Part shown: piece by piece, positions 18,455 through 28,066 of the stretch
Layout of the letters: the number at the start of each line of letters is the position of its first letter
How positions within the stretch are numbered: position 1 is the first letter of the stretch
Origin: an uncultured virus (IMG/VR IMGVR_UViG_3300042890_004141)
Taxonomy: Duplodnaviria > Heunggongvirae > Uroviricota > Caudoviricetes
Length of the DNA stretch: 64,000 nucleotides
Strand: one strand, 5' to 3'
Virus record (IMG/VR): IMGVR_UViG_3300042890_004141
Location: 1 to 64,000 of that record
Notes under the pieces: model-generated
Databases searched by the model: none
What the model was told of the DNA's origin: nothing
Seen by the model: the letters and a program-made list of their open reading frames with translations, nothing else
Program-made: the position numbers and the translations under genes

Positions 18455-19754
18455 TTATCTTTTTTAATTTAGGTATTTCAATTTTTTTAAGTTGAGGTAA
18501 TGCTAGTTTAACTTCTTTAGGAAACTCAGGAATATATTTAATAAGTAATTCATCTACTTTTTCCTTCATAGCATCCCAACTAAAATTATTTTTATTTTTA
18601 CTAGCTAAGCGTTTAGCATTCTCAGTATAGTTTTTATAATTTTCAAAAACATCTTTTAAATAAAAACCAGTTTGACCAGGGTCTACAGTGAACCATTTTG
18701 ATTCAGGTAACAGGAACTGATTTTTAGTGCTTGGATGAACATTAGTTAATTGACCTCCTAATAAACAAGTTAATTTAGAATCTAAGAAATCAATTTGGCC
18801 TGACCATCCAGAACAAATGATAGGTTTTTTAGTTAAACTAAATTCAAGCAATGGACGACCAAAACCTTCTCCTTTAGTTAAATTAACCATTGCTTTTACT
18901 TTTGGATGGTTATAAAGTTCATTCATTTCTTCATCTGAGAATTCACCATGTAAAAGATATATGTTAGGTAAGTTTTTAGAGTTTACTGTTTTCTTAATTT
19001 TCTTAATTTTCTTAAGAATTTCCTCTCTATCATAATAAGATGAACTTACTTGAGATGTTTTTAAAATTAAAGCAGGTTTATTCATTTTATTTTTAAACGT
19101 TTCAAAAAACGCTTTAACTAACAAACCAACATTCTTTCTATCCTCACCCATATCGCCTTCCATCCAATGTCCTACAAACAAATAAGCAAATTTTTCTTTA
19201 ATACCCATCAATGAAGTATATAATTCACTTTGAGGTATTTTATCTAATATTTTATAAACATTAGTGTTAGCTCCTTCAAACAATACTTCAATAGGCTTTT
19301 CTATTTTAATAGTAGATTCTAAAACATTTGTTTGTTTATTTCTTTTTTCAAATACACAGTCTTCAAATACTTTTTTAGAGTGATTAGATGAAGTAAGAGT
19401 TAAATCCATTCTATTAATACCTTCAACCCAATCCCCAGGACAAATATCACTTTCAATACCTGCTGTAACTCCAATATTAAACTTTCCTATAGGTTGAAAT
19501 TCATTTGGAACAGTAATCTGCATCCAAATATCAGGTTGTTGATGGTTTGTTGGATTAGTAATCATATGATTTAGTAAAAACTCCCATTCTAGATTAGATT
19601 TACAGAATCCAAAAGGTGTATTTCCCCATCGTTGAGATAAAAGTTTTACTTCATATTTATTAGTTTCTATAATAGATTTAACTAAATCTCTGCTTCGTGC
19701 TCCATACCCAGAGAAAGTATCAAATGGACAACTAATTACAAATAACGGTTTCAT
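18447..19754 (-). CDS. glycosyltransferase family 4 (GT-B)
   Basis: SGYG, RKN, GEGFGRPLLE; ATG at 19754 preferred over the track start. Confidence 0.88.
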   Translation of the reverse strand: MKPLFVISCPFDTFSGYGARSRDLVKSIIETNKYEVKLLSQRWGNTPFGFCKSNLEWEFLLNHMITNPTNHQQPDIWMQITVPNEFQPIGKFNIGVTAGIESDICPGDWVEGINRMDLTLTSSNHSKKVFEDCVFEKRNKQTNVLESTIKIEKPIEVLFEGANTNVYKILDKIPQSELYTSLMGIKEKFAYLFVGHWMEGDMGEDRKNVGLLVKAFFETFKNKMNKPALILKTSQVSSSYYDREEILKKIKKIKKTVNSKNLPNIYLLHGEFSDEEMNELYNHPKVKAMVNLTKGEGFGRPLLEFSLTKKPIICSGWSGQIDFLDSKLTCLLGGQLTNVHPSTKNQFLLPESKWFTVDPGQTGFYLKDVFENYKNYTENAKRLASKNKNNFSWDAMKEKVDELLIKYIPEFPKEVKLALPQLKKIEIPKLKKING

Positions 19755-19758
19755 TTTT

Positions 19759-21192
19759 TTAATATAATAATTTATGATTAATAATTCTATCTTTAGCTTC
19801 AGTAGCATTAATAAGTTCAAATCTTTCTCTTGGTTGCCAAGTAGAAAATAACTCATCAAATGCTTCAATTACTCTTTTACCTTGAGTTTCTCCAGTAAAT
19901 CCAGCTTCATTTATAGCCCATTCTCTACCTTTTAAACCTTGAACTTTACGTTCTTCAGGAGTTAATTTATACACATTCATGATTTGTTCAGCAGCGTCTT
20001 CAGGACGGCAAGTGTCATCCCAAATGTAAGGAGTTGGAGGTGAACCTACAAGTGTACGTGATGAAGGAAATACTGGATAGGCCCATTCTTTATGTTTTTT
20101 ATAAGTACCTTTATGATTTGAAGGAATTTCTGGTGAAGGTGTAAACCATTCTCCATTTTCATCTTCAAATCCCATTTGATCTTGCATACCCCCAGTCACG
20201 TTTGCAATGATTGGGTTACCTGATAGAATTGCTTCTGTTAAACTTAATCCCCATCCTTCATTAGATGTTAATAAAATTTGACAATCTGTACTATTATATA
20301 ACATATTCATATGGGTTGGATCAAATCTAGCATCAGTAAAAATGACATTATATTGATCTCCATTCAATATCAACTCAATAACAGCTTCTAAATCAGTACC
20401 ATGATCACTTATTCGTTCAGTATGAAGTACCAACACACATTTTTTAGCTTGTTCAATAGGCAACTGATCAATAAAATACCTATAAGCTAACATTGTATCT
20501 GGAATTTGTTTGCGACGAATGTTTCTTGAATTAAAGAATAAAGCAAAATCATATTCTTTACCTTTAAATAAATTTTTCTTAAATTCTACTAATTTAGAAT
20601 CCTTTTTATCTAATGGTTTAAAGACTTCATGATTCAGTCCATGAGGAACATATTTAATAATTTTTTTATCTGCTTTATCACCTAAAACAAGCTTATTAAT
20701 ATTTACTGTTTGTTTTGAAATACCCATCAGCAAATCACAAGCTTCATAATACGGTAAGTTATATAATGGTGCTGGGTAGTCATCCCAAATGTTTAGGTAA
20801 GTAATTGGAATTGACTTACGAATTTCATTTTCCATAGCAAACAACCAAACAAAGTAACGAGGATCAGTAATCAACATAATAGCATCTGGCTGTTCAATTT
20901 TAATCAATTGTCTTAAAATGTCTGAATTGCCATATTCATTTACAGGATACATTACTACGGATGAATCAGTTAGTCCGGTAATGTCATTTGTTGATTGAGA
21001 TAGATCTAAACGTTGACCTGCTTCTGGATGTGTAATGGCACCTCCTAAATTAACCCAATTAAAATGTTGAGCAGTGTGGATTACAATTTCTTTGGCTACT
21101 GTTGCTACACCAGAAGTAACTCTAATGTCATCACAGATAAGCATAATTTTCTTCCTCTTATCAGGAGGTAAGTAAGCAAAACTTGAATTCAT
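19759..21192 (-). CDS. glycosyltransferase family 4 (GT-B)
   Basis: SGVA, VPHG, RNIRRK, NEGWGLSLTEA. Confidence 0.88.
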   Translation of the reverse strand: MNSSFAYLPPDKRKKIMLICDDIRVTSGVATVAKEIVIHTAQHFNWVNLGGAITHPEAGQRLDLSQSTNDITGLTDSSVVMYPVNEYGNSDILRQLIKIEQPDAIMLITDPRYFVWLFAMENEIRKSIPITYLNIWDDYPAPLYNLPYYEACDLLMGISKQTVNINKLVLGDKADKKIIKYVPHGLNHEVFKPLDKKDSKLVEFKKNLFKGKEYDFALFFNSRNIRRKQIPDTMLAYRYFIDQLPIEQAKKCVLVLHTERISDHGTDLEAVIELILNGDQYNVIFTDARFDPTHMNMLYNSTDCQILLTSNEGWGLSLTEAILSGNPIIANVTGGMQDQMGFEDENGEWFTPSPEIPSNHKGTYKKHKEWAYPVFPSSRTLVGSPPTPYIWDDTCRPEDAAEQIMNVYKLTPEERKVQGLKGREWAINEAGFTGETQGKRVIEAFDELFSTWQPRERFELINATEAKDRIINHKLLY

Positions 21193-21199
21193 GTATTTT

Positions 21200-21394
21200 T
21201 TAGTTTTTAATTTCTAGGTTGTTGTGTGAATGAACTTTTTTTCTAAAATCTTCATCTGTAAGATACAAATGAATAGTGCGGTCAGCAAGTTTTTGTAAAG
21301 AAAATTTGTACTTAACACATGCAATCTTGAAATCCTCAAATAACTCACTCTGTACTTTCACAGAGGTTAATGTCATATCCTTTTTATTTGTCAT
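21200..21394 (-). CDS. small putative DNA-binding protein (ribbon-helix-helix-like)
   Basis: LTSVKV...LFEDFK pattern. Confidence 0.55.
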   Translation of the reverse strand: MTNKKDMTLTSVKVQSELFEDFKIACVKYKFSLQKLADRTIHLYLTDEDFRKKVHSHNNLEIKN

Positions 21395-21437
21395 AGCTTT
21401 TATTTAATTTTTATATATATAAATATATGAAGATTTT

Positions 21438-22391
21438 TTAAGATATACTAGCGGTACAAAGTTCTTTTTTATTTTTAAAAGGACAATACATGCAGTTCCA
21501 TTTTGATGGGTTTGGTTCAAATACTTTATCTTTATATGAACCATCATGGTTAAATACTTCTTCTATAAATGAATTAATAGTGTTAGTTGCTTTACCCATT
21601 TTAATTTTACCACTAGCAGGAGTGTATTCTTGAATCCTAGATATTGGAAATGGTGATTCTTCCCATATTTTTCTTTTAACAATAAAAAATTCTATTTCAA
21701 TATTGTCTTCAGGTACTCCAAATTGTTTACTATAAAACTTTTTATAAAGGACTAATTGGAGTTGTTTAGTTTCATCTTTTTTAGTTTTATCATCCCAACC
21801 GCTTCTAGATGTTTTAATATCTATAATTTTAAAAGTATTAGTTGGTTCATGATACAAAACAACATCCAAGTAGCCTTTATATAAGATAGTTCTAAATTCA
21901 GAATGAGGATTAAGTAATAGAGGTACTTCACAGCCCACTAAAAACCATCCTTGTTTACCAAAATACCCACTTCGTTTTTTCTTTACAAAATTTAAAATAG
22001 CTAAACCATCTTCATAAAACTCTCTCATTTCAACAGGATCACTAAAATGAACATTTTTATTAGATTTATAATCTTTTAAATATGTTTCTCTAAAGCGTTC
22101 CTCAAAATATTCTTCTAAATTAATTCGGTCCGCTTCAGCACCACTAATATTGTATATAGTTGTTATATAGTGTTGTATAACCTCATGTAGTGCAGTTCCG
22201 AATGTCATATGAATAGACTGTTCAGATGTATAATAACCGTCTCTATATTGTAAAGACCATTTACGAGGACAAGACAAAAACATAGACATTTGACTATAGG
22301 AAATTGCTTTTTCAGTAGCATAATTAATTTCCTTTAGAGTATGTTGTTTGATTTGTTTTACAATTGCAGGTATTTTTTTCTTTTTACTCAA
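21438..22391 (-). CDS. PD-(D/E)XK / Cas4-like exonuclease
   Basis: ISYSQ..CP, GTALH, GYLD, IIDIKT, QL.LY, CMYCPF...C. Confidence 0.85.
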   Translation of the reverse strand: MSKKKKIPAIVKQIKQHTLKEINYATEKAISYSQMSMFLSCPRKWSLQYRDGYYTSEQSIHMTFGTALHEVIQHYITTIYNISGAEADRINLEEYFEERFRETYLKDYKSNKNVHFSDPVEMREFYEDGLAILNFVKKKRSGYFGKQGWFLVGCEVPLLLNPHSEFRTILYKGYLDVVLYHEPTNTFKIIDIKTSRSGWDDKTKKDETKQLQLVLYKKFYSKQFGVPEDNIEIEFFIVKRKIWEESPFPISRIQEYTPASGKIKMGKATNTINSFIEEVFNHDGSYKDKVFEPNPSKWNCMYCPFKNKKELCTASIS

Positions 22392-22394
22392 AAC

Positions 22395-22649
22395 TTATTT
22401 TTTACCTTTAAGCATCTGGATTGTTTTCTCTAGATATAGAGCTAAATCCATTGCTTCTTCTTTAGCATGTTGTAGATAGTCTAATACAGATAAATCTGTT
22501 CTATCTAAAGTATTGTTATACTTGTTTTTACCCATCTCAGCCCTTTTAATATGCTCATCAATAACTGAGTCTACAATTGAGTCTGTTTCAATTATGGTTC
22601 TTGTTTTTGGATGTTCTCCTCTAAAACCTAAATCACTGTTTTTTGTCAT
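22395..22649 (-). CDS. hypothetical protein (all-alpha NTP pyrophosphatase-like)
   Basis: GKNKY..TLDR.D...HAKEEAMDLALY. Confidence 0.55.
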   Translation of the reverse strand: MTKNSDLGFRGEHPKTRTIIETDSIVDSVIDEHIKRAEMGKNKYNNTLDRTDLSVLDYLQHAKEEAMDLALYLEKTIQMLKGKK

Positions 22650-23065
22650 TGGATTTCTTTTAATAACTTTTTAATTTCTTTTTCATCAATTCCTGATTTT
22701 TCAAGAATGTATTCTACTCCTTCTTTTTTAAGAATGTATAAATAATCCTCAGCCTCACCTAATGATATAGTGTAAAAATTAGCTACATGTTGTAGTAGTG
22801 AGTTGCTAGGCTTCTTTTTTGAAGTTTTGATGTATTTGAGGAAGACATTCTTTTTAGGTAACATAGAACAATAGTATTTATAAGTTTTTTCTTTATCAGG
22901 GTAGGGTATTCTTTGGCCAAAATTTGCAACCTCAGTGTATCCTTCATACATACTTACAAATCTATGAACCATATAAGAGTTAAATGACTCTTGCTGGTCT
23001 TCCGTAAAAGAAGACCAGGACGTTTTATTAGTGGTGATTTCTTTTAACCAATCAAATATCGTCAC
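22646..23065 (-). CDS. clamp loader small subunit (T4 gp62-like)
   Basis: IFDWLKEI..K, FNSYMVHRFVSM; near the RFC gene. Confidence 0.7.
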   Translation of the reverse strand: MTIFDWLKEITTNKTSWSSFTEDQQESFNSYMVHRFVSMYEGYTEVANFGQRIPYPDKEKTYKYYCSMLPKKNVFLKYIKTSKKKPSNSLLQHVANFYTISLGEAEDYLYILKKEGVEYILEKSGIDEKEIKKLLKEIQ

Positions 23066-23294
23066 CGCCGTATTCTTTTCTTAATTCCTTAGGCAATGCT
23101 TCAAGTAAAATTTCTCCACTTTCTACATCATAAAATACAGGAATAGGAATAAGAGCATCTTCATCAGCGCCTACTACAAAACGAGATACTTTTCGAAGGA
23201 TAACTCCTTGACTCCAAATTTTACCACCTGATGGTGTTTCCATTGATGTTGTCTTAGACAAATCAAAATTAAGGTTCATTTGATTATTTTTCAT
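23052..23294 (-). CDS. hypothetical protein
   Basis: 80 aa; LRKVSRF...IPIPVF. Confidence 0.7.
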   Translation of the reverse strand: MKNNQMNLNFDLSKTTSMETPSGGKIWSQGVILRKVSRFVVGADEDALIPIPVFYDVESGEILLEALPKELRKEYGGDDI

Positions 23295-23481
23295 TTTCTT
23301 TATGTTTTTTCCATTCTAAATAAAATCCTACAGCAACTAAGGTATTCATTCCAAATGATGCTATAATTTCTTTAATATCATCATACACATTCATAGTTAG
23401 GTGAACATGACCTACCATCCAAAAAGGAACAGATAAGTTACTTGCTACCCAAAGTATAAAAAAGTGGATGAATTTTTTCAT
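23284..23481 (-). CDS. small membrane protein
   Basis: 65 aa with two hydrophobic segments. Confidence 0.65.
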   Translation of the reverse strand: MKKFIHFFILWVASNLSVPFWMVGHVHLTMNVYDDIKEIIASFGMNTLVAVGFYLEWKKHKENEK

Positions 23482-24413
23482 ATTACTCTTTTACTTAAAA
23501 TTAATGATAAAATTCTAGATATCAAAGCCATAATGTTTATTTCTTTATCAATTCTAAAATTAGCATGGTATTGATATTCTTCAATATGAATAATAACTTC
23601 ACCCATACTTGTAGGAGCATATTTATCTACATTATCAAATAAAAATCTAAATAATTCTTCAAAATCATTAACACTAGAATCAGCTATAATCTGTCTAATG
23701 TTATTAAATGACTTTGTTGTTGGTTTGCATAATTCCATGAGTACTTGATTTTTGTAGTTACTAGACACTAATATATTTTTATCAATGACTACCTCATCAC
23801 CTGTTACACCCATTTGAAGTGTATTAAGCATTTTACGTAGATCAGGATAAAATTGATTAATAACTAGTTTTAAGTCCTCAGCTCCCATCCCAACATTCTC
23901 TTTTTTAAGAATGTCTATAATATGATAAGCAATATCTTGTTTTGATGGAGGTACAATTTTAAGTACCTGGCAGCGTGATTGAAGAGGATCAATAATACGC
24001 TCAACATAATTACAAGTTAAGATAAATCTTGTAGTACGGGCAAATGTTTCAATAATGTTTCTTAATGATGCTTGTGCTTGGATTGTAAGAAAATCTGCTT
24101 CATCCAAGATAACAACTTTAAGAGGTTTAAACGAGGCCACAGATGAGAAGCCCTGGACCTTATCCCTAATAGTATCAATACCACGCTCATCGGAAGCGTT
24201 AATATAGAGATAATCGCAATTGAGATTATTAACAATAAGTTTAGCAAGAGTAGTTTTACCGGTACCAGCAGGGCCGTAGAAAATAAAATTTTGAATATCA
24301 TTCTGTTCTAGATACTTTGAAATAGTACCTTTAATTTGTTCATTTCCTACATATGTAGAAAGATTTTGAGAACGATATTTCTCAACCCAAAGTGTATGTT
24401 GCTTAGAACTCAT
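23478..24413 (-). CDS. clamp loader large subunit (RFC / T4 gp44-like AAA+)
   Basis: LWVEKYR, GPAGTGKT, NASDERG, LDEAD, SRC; ATG at 24413 preferred. Confidence 0.93.
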   Translation of the reverse strand: MSSKQHTLWVEKYRSQNLSTYVGNEQIKGTISKYLEQNDIQNFIFYGPAGTGKTTLAKLIVNNLNCDYLYINASDERGIDTIRDKVQGFSSVASFKPLKVVILDEADFLTIQAQASLRNIIETFARTTRFILTCNYVERIIDPLQSRCQVLKIVPPSKQDIAYHIIDILKKENVGMGAEDLKLVINQFYPDLRKMLNTLQMGVTGDEVVIDKNILVSSNYKNQVLMELCKPTTKSFNNIRQIIADSSVNDFEELFRFLFDNVDKYAPTSMGEVIIHIEEYQYHANFRIDKEINIMALISRILSLILSKRVI

Positions 24414-24669
24414 AGTCTCCGTATATTGAATATTTTTTAGGTTCTGGTTCTTTAATTTCAACCTCATCACTTACAATAGCATATAATTTTCCTGCTGTTA
24501 GATCTAATCTAAATGCTTTAGGTTTAACTACAGCTACTTGATACCAAGCCTCTAGAGCATCTGTAATAGACTTTTGAACCTCATTAACATTACTCATCTT
24601 CCAATTGTCACCTGGAGGGACACGAGAACCAATCTCGATTAGTTTTTCTTGTATTTCTATTTTGCTCAT
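24403..24669 (-). CDS. hypothetical protein
   Basis: 88 aa ORF. Confidence 0.7.
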   Translation of the reverse strand: MSKIEIQEKLIEIGSRVPPGDNWKMSNVNEVQKSITDALEAWYQVAVVKPKAFRLDLTAGKLYAIVSDEVEIKEPEPKKYSIYGDYEF

Positions 24670-24854
24670 AACTTAATTTGATCTTGAAAATATGGAATTA
24701 AACTCTCAATAGGATAATTTATGTAGGTATGGTTTGCTGTTGCCATACCCACATAAATCCTATCAGTACCTGGAATAAAATATAATGTTTTGATAGTTAA
24801 TAATTGACCATCAATAGTAATAAGTTTTCCAATTAATGATACTGCATCTTGCAT
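24666..24854 (-). CDS. hypothetical protein
   Basis: 62 aa ORF. Confidence 0.65.
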   Translation of the reverse strand: MQDAVSLIGKLITIDGQLLTIKTLYFIPGTDRIYVGMATANHTYINYPIESLIPYFQDQIKL

Positions 24855-24864
24855 AATTGTTAAT

Positions 24865-26478
24865 TTACATCATTCCCATCATGTTGCCAAACCCTTCATC
24901 ACCTTTCTTTTCTTCTGGTTTGTCAACAATAACAGCTTCTGTTAATAAGATAGTACCAGCCACTGAAGCAGCGTTTTCGAGTGCTGTACGAGTTACTTTA
25001 GCTGGATCAATTACTCCAATTTCTCTCATGTCATGAAAATCTTCATCAAACAAATTGAATCCGTACCAATAATCACCTCCTGTTGCTCCTGATAATGCGT
25101 TGTAAATGTCTTCTAATTCATAACCAGCATTAGATAAAATTTTCTTAAATGGTTCAGCACAAACATTATAAACAATTCTACCACCAATACTATTAAGATC
25201 ACTAATACCATTTCGAGCATGTAACAAAGCCATTCCACCACCAGGTACAATACCTTCTTCTAAAGCAGCTTTAGTTGCTTGAAGAGCATCATCTACTCGA
25301 TCTTTCTTTTCTTTCATTTCCGCTTCAGTAAACCCACCAACATGAACAACTGCTACACCACCAATAAACTTAGCCAAACGTTCTTGCAACTTTTCTTTTT
25401 CATATGGTGAAATTGCTTTTTCAATTTGATTGTGAAGTTCTTCAATACGGTCTGTGATTTTGTCTGACTCACCTTTACCATCTACAATAGTAGTTTCATC
25501 TTTACCTACAGTCACAACACGAGCTTGACCAAACCAATCCCAACTAAACTTATCCAACTTCATACCTTTTTCAGTACTGAATACTTGTCCACCAGTCAAG
25601 ATAGCAATGTCTTCAAGAATTAGTTTACGACGGTCTCCAAAATCAGGAGCCTTAACAGCTACAACTTTCAAAATACCTCTTGCTTTGTTTACAATCAAAG
25701 TAGCAAGCGCTTCACCATCTACATCTTCAGCAATAATAACTAAAGGTTTATTTTGGTTAGATACAGCTTCTAAAATAGGCAACAACTCTTTTACTTGAGT
25801 AAATTTCTTGTCTGCGATCAAAATCAAAGCATCTTGTAAAGTAGTAGTCATTGAATTGTTATCAGTTACAAAGTAAGGTGATTTGTAACCTCTATCAAAC
25901 TGCATACCTTCTACTGTTTCAAGATATGTTTCACCGTTTTTAGATTCTTCAATGAATACAACACCTTCACGACCTACTTTTTGCATCGCTGTAGCAATTA
26001 ATTCACCTACTTCTGGATCGTTGTTTGCTGAAATTGTAGCGATTTGTTTAAGTTGTTCCTCATTTGAAATATCTTCTTTAATTTCATGACGGAGATGTTC
26101 AATTACTTCTTTTACTGCTTTATCAATACTACGTTTAATCTCAACAGCATTTTCACCATGGTTAAGATATTTAAGACCTTGTTTAGCCATTTCACGAGCC
26201 AACAAAGTAGATGTTGTAGTACCATCACCAGCATTATCAGCAGTTTTAATAGCTGCTTGTTTAACTAATTGTACTCCCAATTCTTCAATTGGATCTTCTA
26301 ATGTGATTGATTTAGCTACTGTGACACCATCTTTAGTGCTTTGAGGAATACCTCCATTAGCAATAACTACGTTACGTCCATTAGGACCTAAAGTGGCTGT
26401 AACAGCATCAGCTAGTTTATCAATACCACTAATCATTTTTTCCCTTGCTTCGGGACCGAATTCTATAACTTTGCTCAT
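24865..26478 (-). CDS. groEL: chaperonin GroEL
   Basis: [42 protein letters not shown] tail. Confidence 0.98.
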   Translation of the reverse strand: MSKVIEFGPEAREKMISGIDKLADAVTATLGPNGRNVVIANGGIPQSTKDGVTVAKSITLEDPIEELGVQLVKQAAIKTADNAGDGTTTSTLLAREMAKQGLKYLNHGENAVEIKRSIDKAVKEVIEHLRHEIKEDISNEEQLKQIATISANNDPEVGELIATAMQKVGREGVVFIEESKNGETYLETVEGMQFDRGYKSPYFVTDNNSMTTTLQDALILIADKKFTQVKELLPILEAVSNQNKPLVIIAEDVDGEALATLIVNKARGILKVVAVKAPDFGDRRKLILEDIAILTGGQVFSTEKGMKLDKFSWDWFGQARVVTVGKDETTIVDGKGESDKITDRIEELHNQIEKAISPYEKEKLQERLAKFIGGVAVVHVGGFTEAEMKEKKDRVDDALQATKAALEEGIVPGGGMALLHARNGISDLNSIGGRIVYNVCAEPFKKILSNAGYELEDIYNALSGATGGDYWYGFNLFDEDFHDMREIGVIDPAKVTRTALENAASVAGTILLTEAVIVDKPEEKKGDEGFGNMMGMM

Positions 26479-26479
26479 A

Positions 26480-26770
26480 TTAATCTTTATTTACTTTAGC
26501 TAAAACTTGATTTTCAGGACCCAGCCAATATTCTTGACCTTCATATTCCATTTTACTAAAACCCATTGTAGGCAATACAACTGTATCTCCTACACTCAGC
26601 ATAGTAGGAATAAAAGTTCCTGTAGCTGAATAGTAACCTTTTCCAACTGCTACTACTTCTCCTAGTTTGTTTTTCTCATTCCCCAAGTCAGGGACAATAA
26701 TGCCTCCATATGACGTCTCTTCAGACTCAACAGGCTTAACGATAACTGAATTATAAATTGCTTCTAACAT
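26480..26770 (-). CDS. groES: co-chaperonin GroES
   Basis: GGIIVPD, GEVVAVGKG, VGDTV; immediately upstream of groEL. Confidence 0.95.
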   Translation of the reverse strand: MLEAIYNSVIVKPVESEETSYGGIIVPDLGNEKNKLGEVVAVGKGYYSATGTFIPTMLSVGDTVVLPTMGFSKMEYEGQEYWLGPENQVLAKVNKD

Positions 26771-26771
26771 A

Positions 26772-27065
26772 TCAAAAATTAAACTTTTGTGTAAATGAAT
26801 TAATTACATCACTATATTCACCAATGTACTCTTGTAATGAGTCATATGATTTACTATTTACTTTATCCTTAGCGATTGATCTTAAAGCGCTTCCTAAATT
26901 ACTATAATGACCTACAATTTTATTATAGTCTTTACCTGAATCACTATATCTAGTGTCTGGTGTGACTTTAATATTAACAGTCATACAGTTGTCATCCATA
27001 GAAATGAAATAAGGTTCCATAACAGGATCATTAATAAAACGGGTATATTCTTTTTCAGTACTCAT
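26772..27065 (-). CDS. hypothetical protein
   Basis: 97 aa ORF. Confidence 0.7.
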   Translation of the reverse strand: MSTEKEYTRFINDPVMEPYFISMDDNCMTVNIKVTPDTRYSDSGKDYNKIVGHYSNLGSALRSIAKDKVNSKSYDSLQEYIGEYSDVINSFTQKFNF

Positions 27066-27069
27066 AACA

Positions 27070-27101
27070 TTAATATAACATTCTTTTTTTATTGTTCCAA
27101 A
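27070..27101 (-). promoter_or_regulatory. early/middle promoter
   Basis: TTTGG-N19-TATATTAA. Confidence 0.65.
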
Positions 27102-27322
27102 CTTTCTTCAATAAGTGGTTGTTCATCTTCAATCACTTCAGCCTCTTCTATTAAACGAACAAACCAAAACATTCCATCTTTTCTAAATACATTAGTTGTA
27201 TTTGTATAACCTTTAAATAAATTTGTATCAATTCCTGTGTGTTCAGGAATTACTCTAATGATGTGATACAAGTCATCTTTGATAGTAATTAATGGTATAC
27301 CCATATTATAGTTCTTTAGCAA
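27089..27322 (-). CDS. hypothetical protein
   Basis: 77 aa ORF; true start probably ATG 27304. Confidence 0.65.
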   Translation of the reverse strand: MLKNYNMGIPLITIKDDLYHIIRVIPEHTGIDTNLFKGYTNTTNVFRKDGMFWFVRLIEEAEVIEDEQPLIEESLEQ

Positions 27323-28046
27323 TTACATAATACTCACTTTTGATACTTCCATTGTCAAATGCTAGTCTCATAATTCCATCTAAATTAATTTCCATAGTAC
27401 AATTAGCAACATCTTTATTACAGTACATGATTTCTTTAATTAAATTAGAATTATAATGAGCTTTAAATTCATTAGGTAAATTATTAGTAGTAATATCTGG
27501 TAAGTAAAAAGATACCTTATTTGAGTATTCAATGTTACCTCCAAACATCATTTCCAATTGTAAATCACCATCAGCGTTTATAAACGGCTTAAATACAACT
27601 GTATCAGTGTCTGCGAGTGCTGATTTTGCTTTGATTATAGCGTTTATACTTTCATTATCTAACGTGGCTTCAATATTGTATACACCATCACCAACATACT
27701 CTCCAGCCTTAGGAATAATCATATTATCAGCTAAAGCATAATTAAGAGTAAATTGATTATCAGCTACAATAAGTTTAGTAATTAACTTATGTTGTCTTAT
27801 ATAACTTAAATCTAAATAACCATTTGTAATAGATAATAATTTAAGTAATTGAGATGTATTACTGATTGAAATTGTTGCATCTTCTAATTCAAAATCATCA
27901 CATGTTACTGTTCCGATCATTGAATTGTCAGGGGAATTGAATTTAATAATTAATTTACTATCTTGAATGTCCCACTTAACTTTTTCATTCATTCCATTCA
28001 AGTAATACTTGGAAATAATTGAAACTAAATCTAATTTATTAATCAT
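27306..28046 (-). CDS. sliding clamp (T4 gp45-like)
   Basis: 246 aa beta-rich acidic protein directly downstream of PolB, with clamp loaders nearby. Confidence 0.7.
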   Translation of the reverse strand: MINKLDLVSIISKYYLNGMNEKVKWDIQDSKLIIKFNSPDNSMIGTVTCDDFELEDATISISNTSQLLKLLSITNGYLDLSYIRQHKLITKLIVADNQFTLNYALADNMIIPKAGEYVGDGVYNIEATLDNESINAIIKAKSALADTDTVVFKPFINADGDLQLEMMFGGNIEYSNKVSFYLPDITTNNLPNEFKAHYNSNLIKEIMYCNKDVANCTMEINLDGIMRLAFDNGSIKSEYYVIAKEL

Positions 28047-28066
28047 AACTTATTTATTATATATAT

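Noticed and set aside
21438..22391. Cas4 as part of a CRISPR-Cas system
   Set aside because: No cas1/cas2 or array in the window; stand-alone Cas4-like nucleases are common in phage replication modules.
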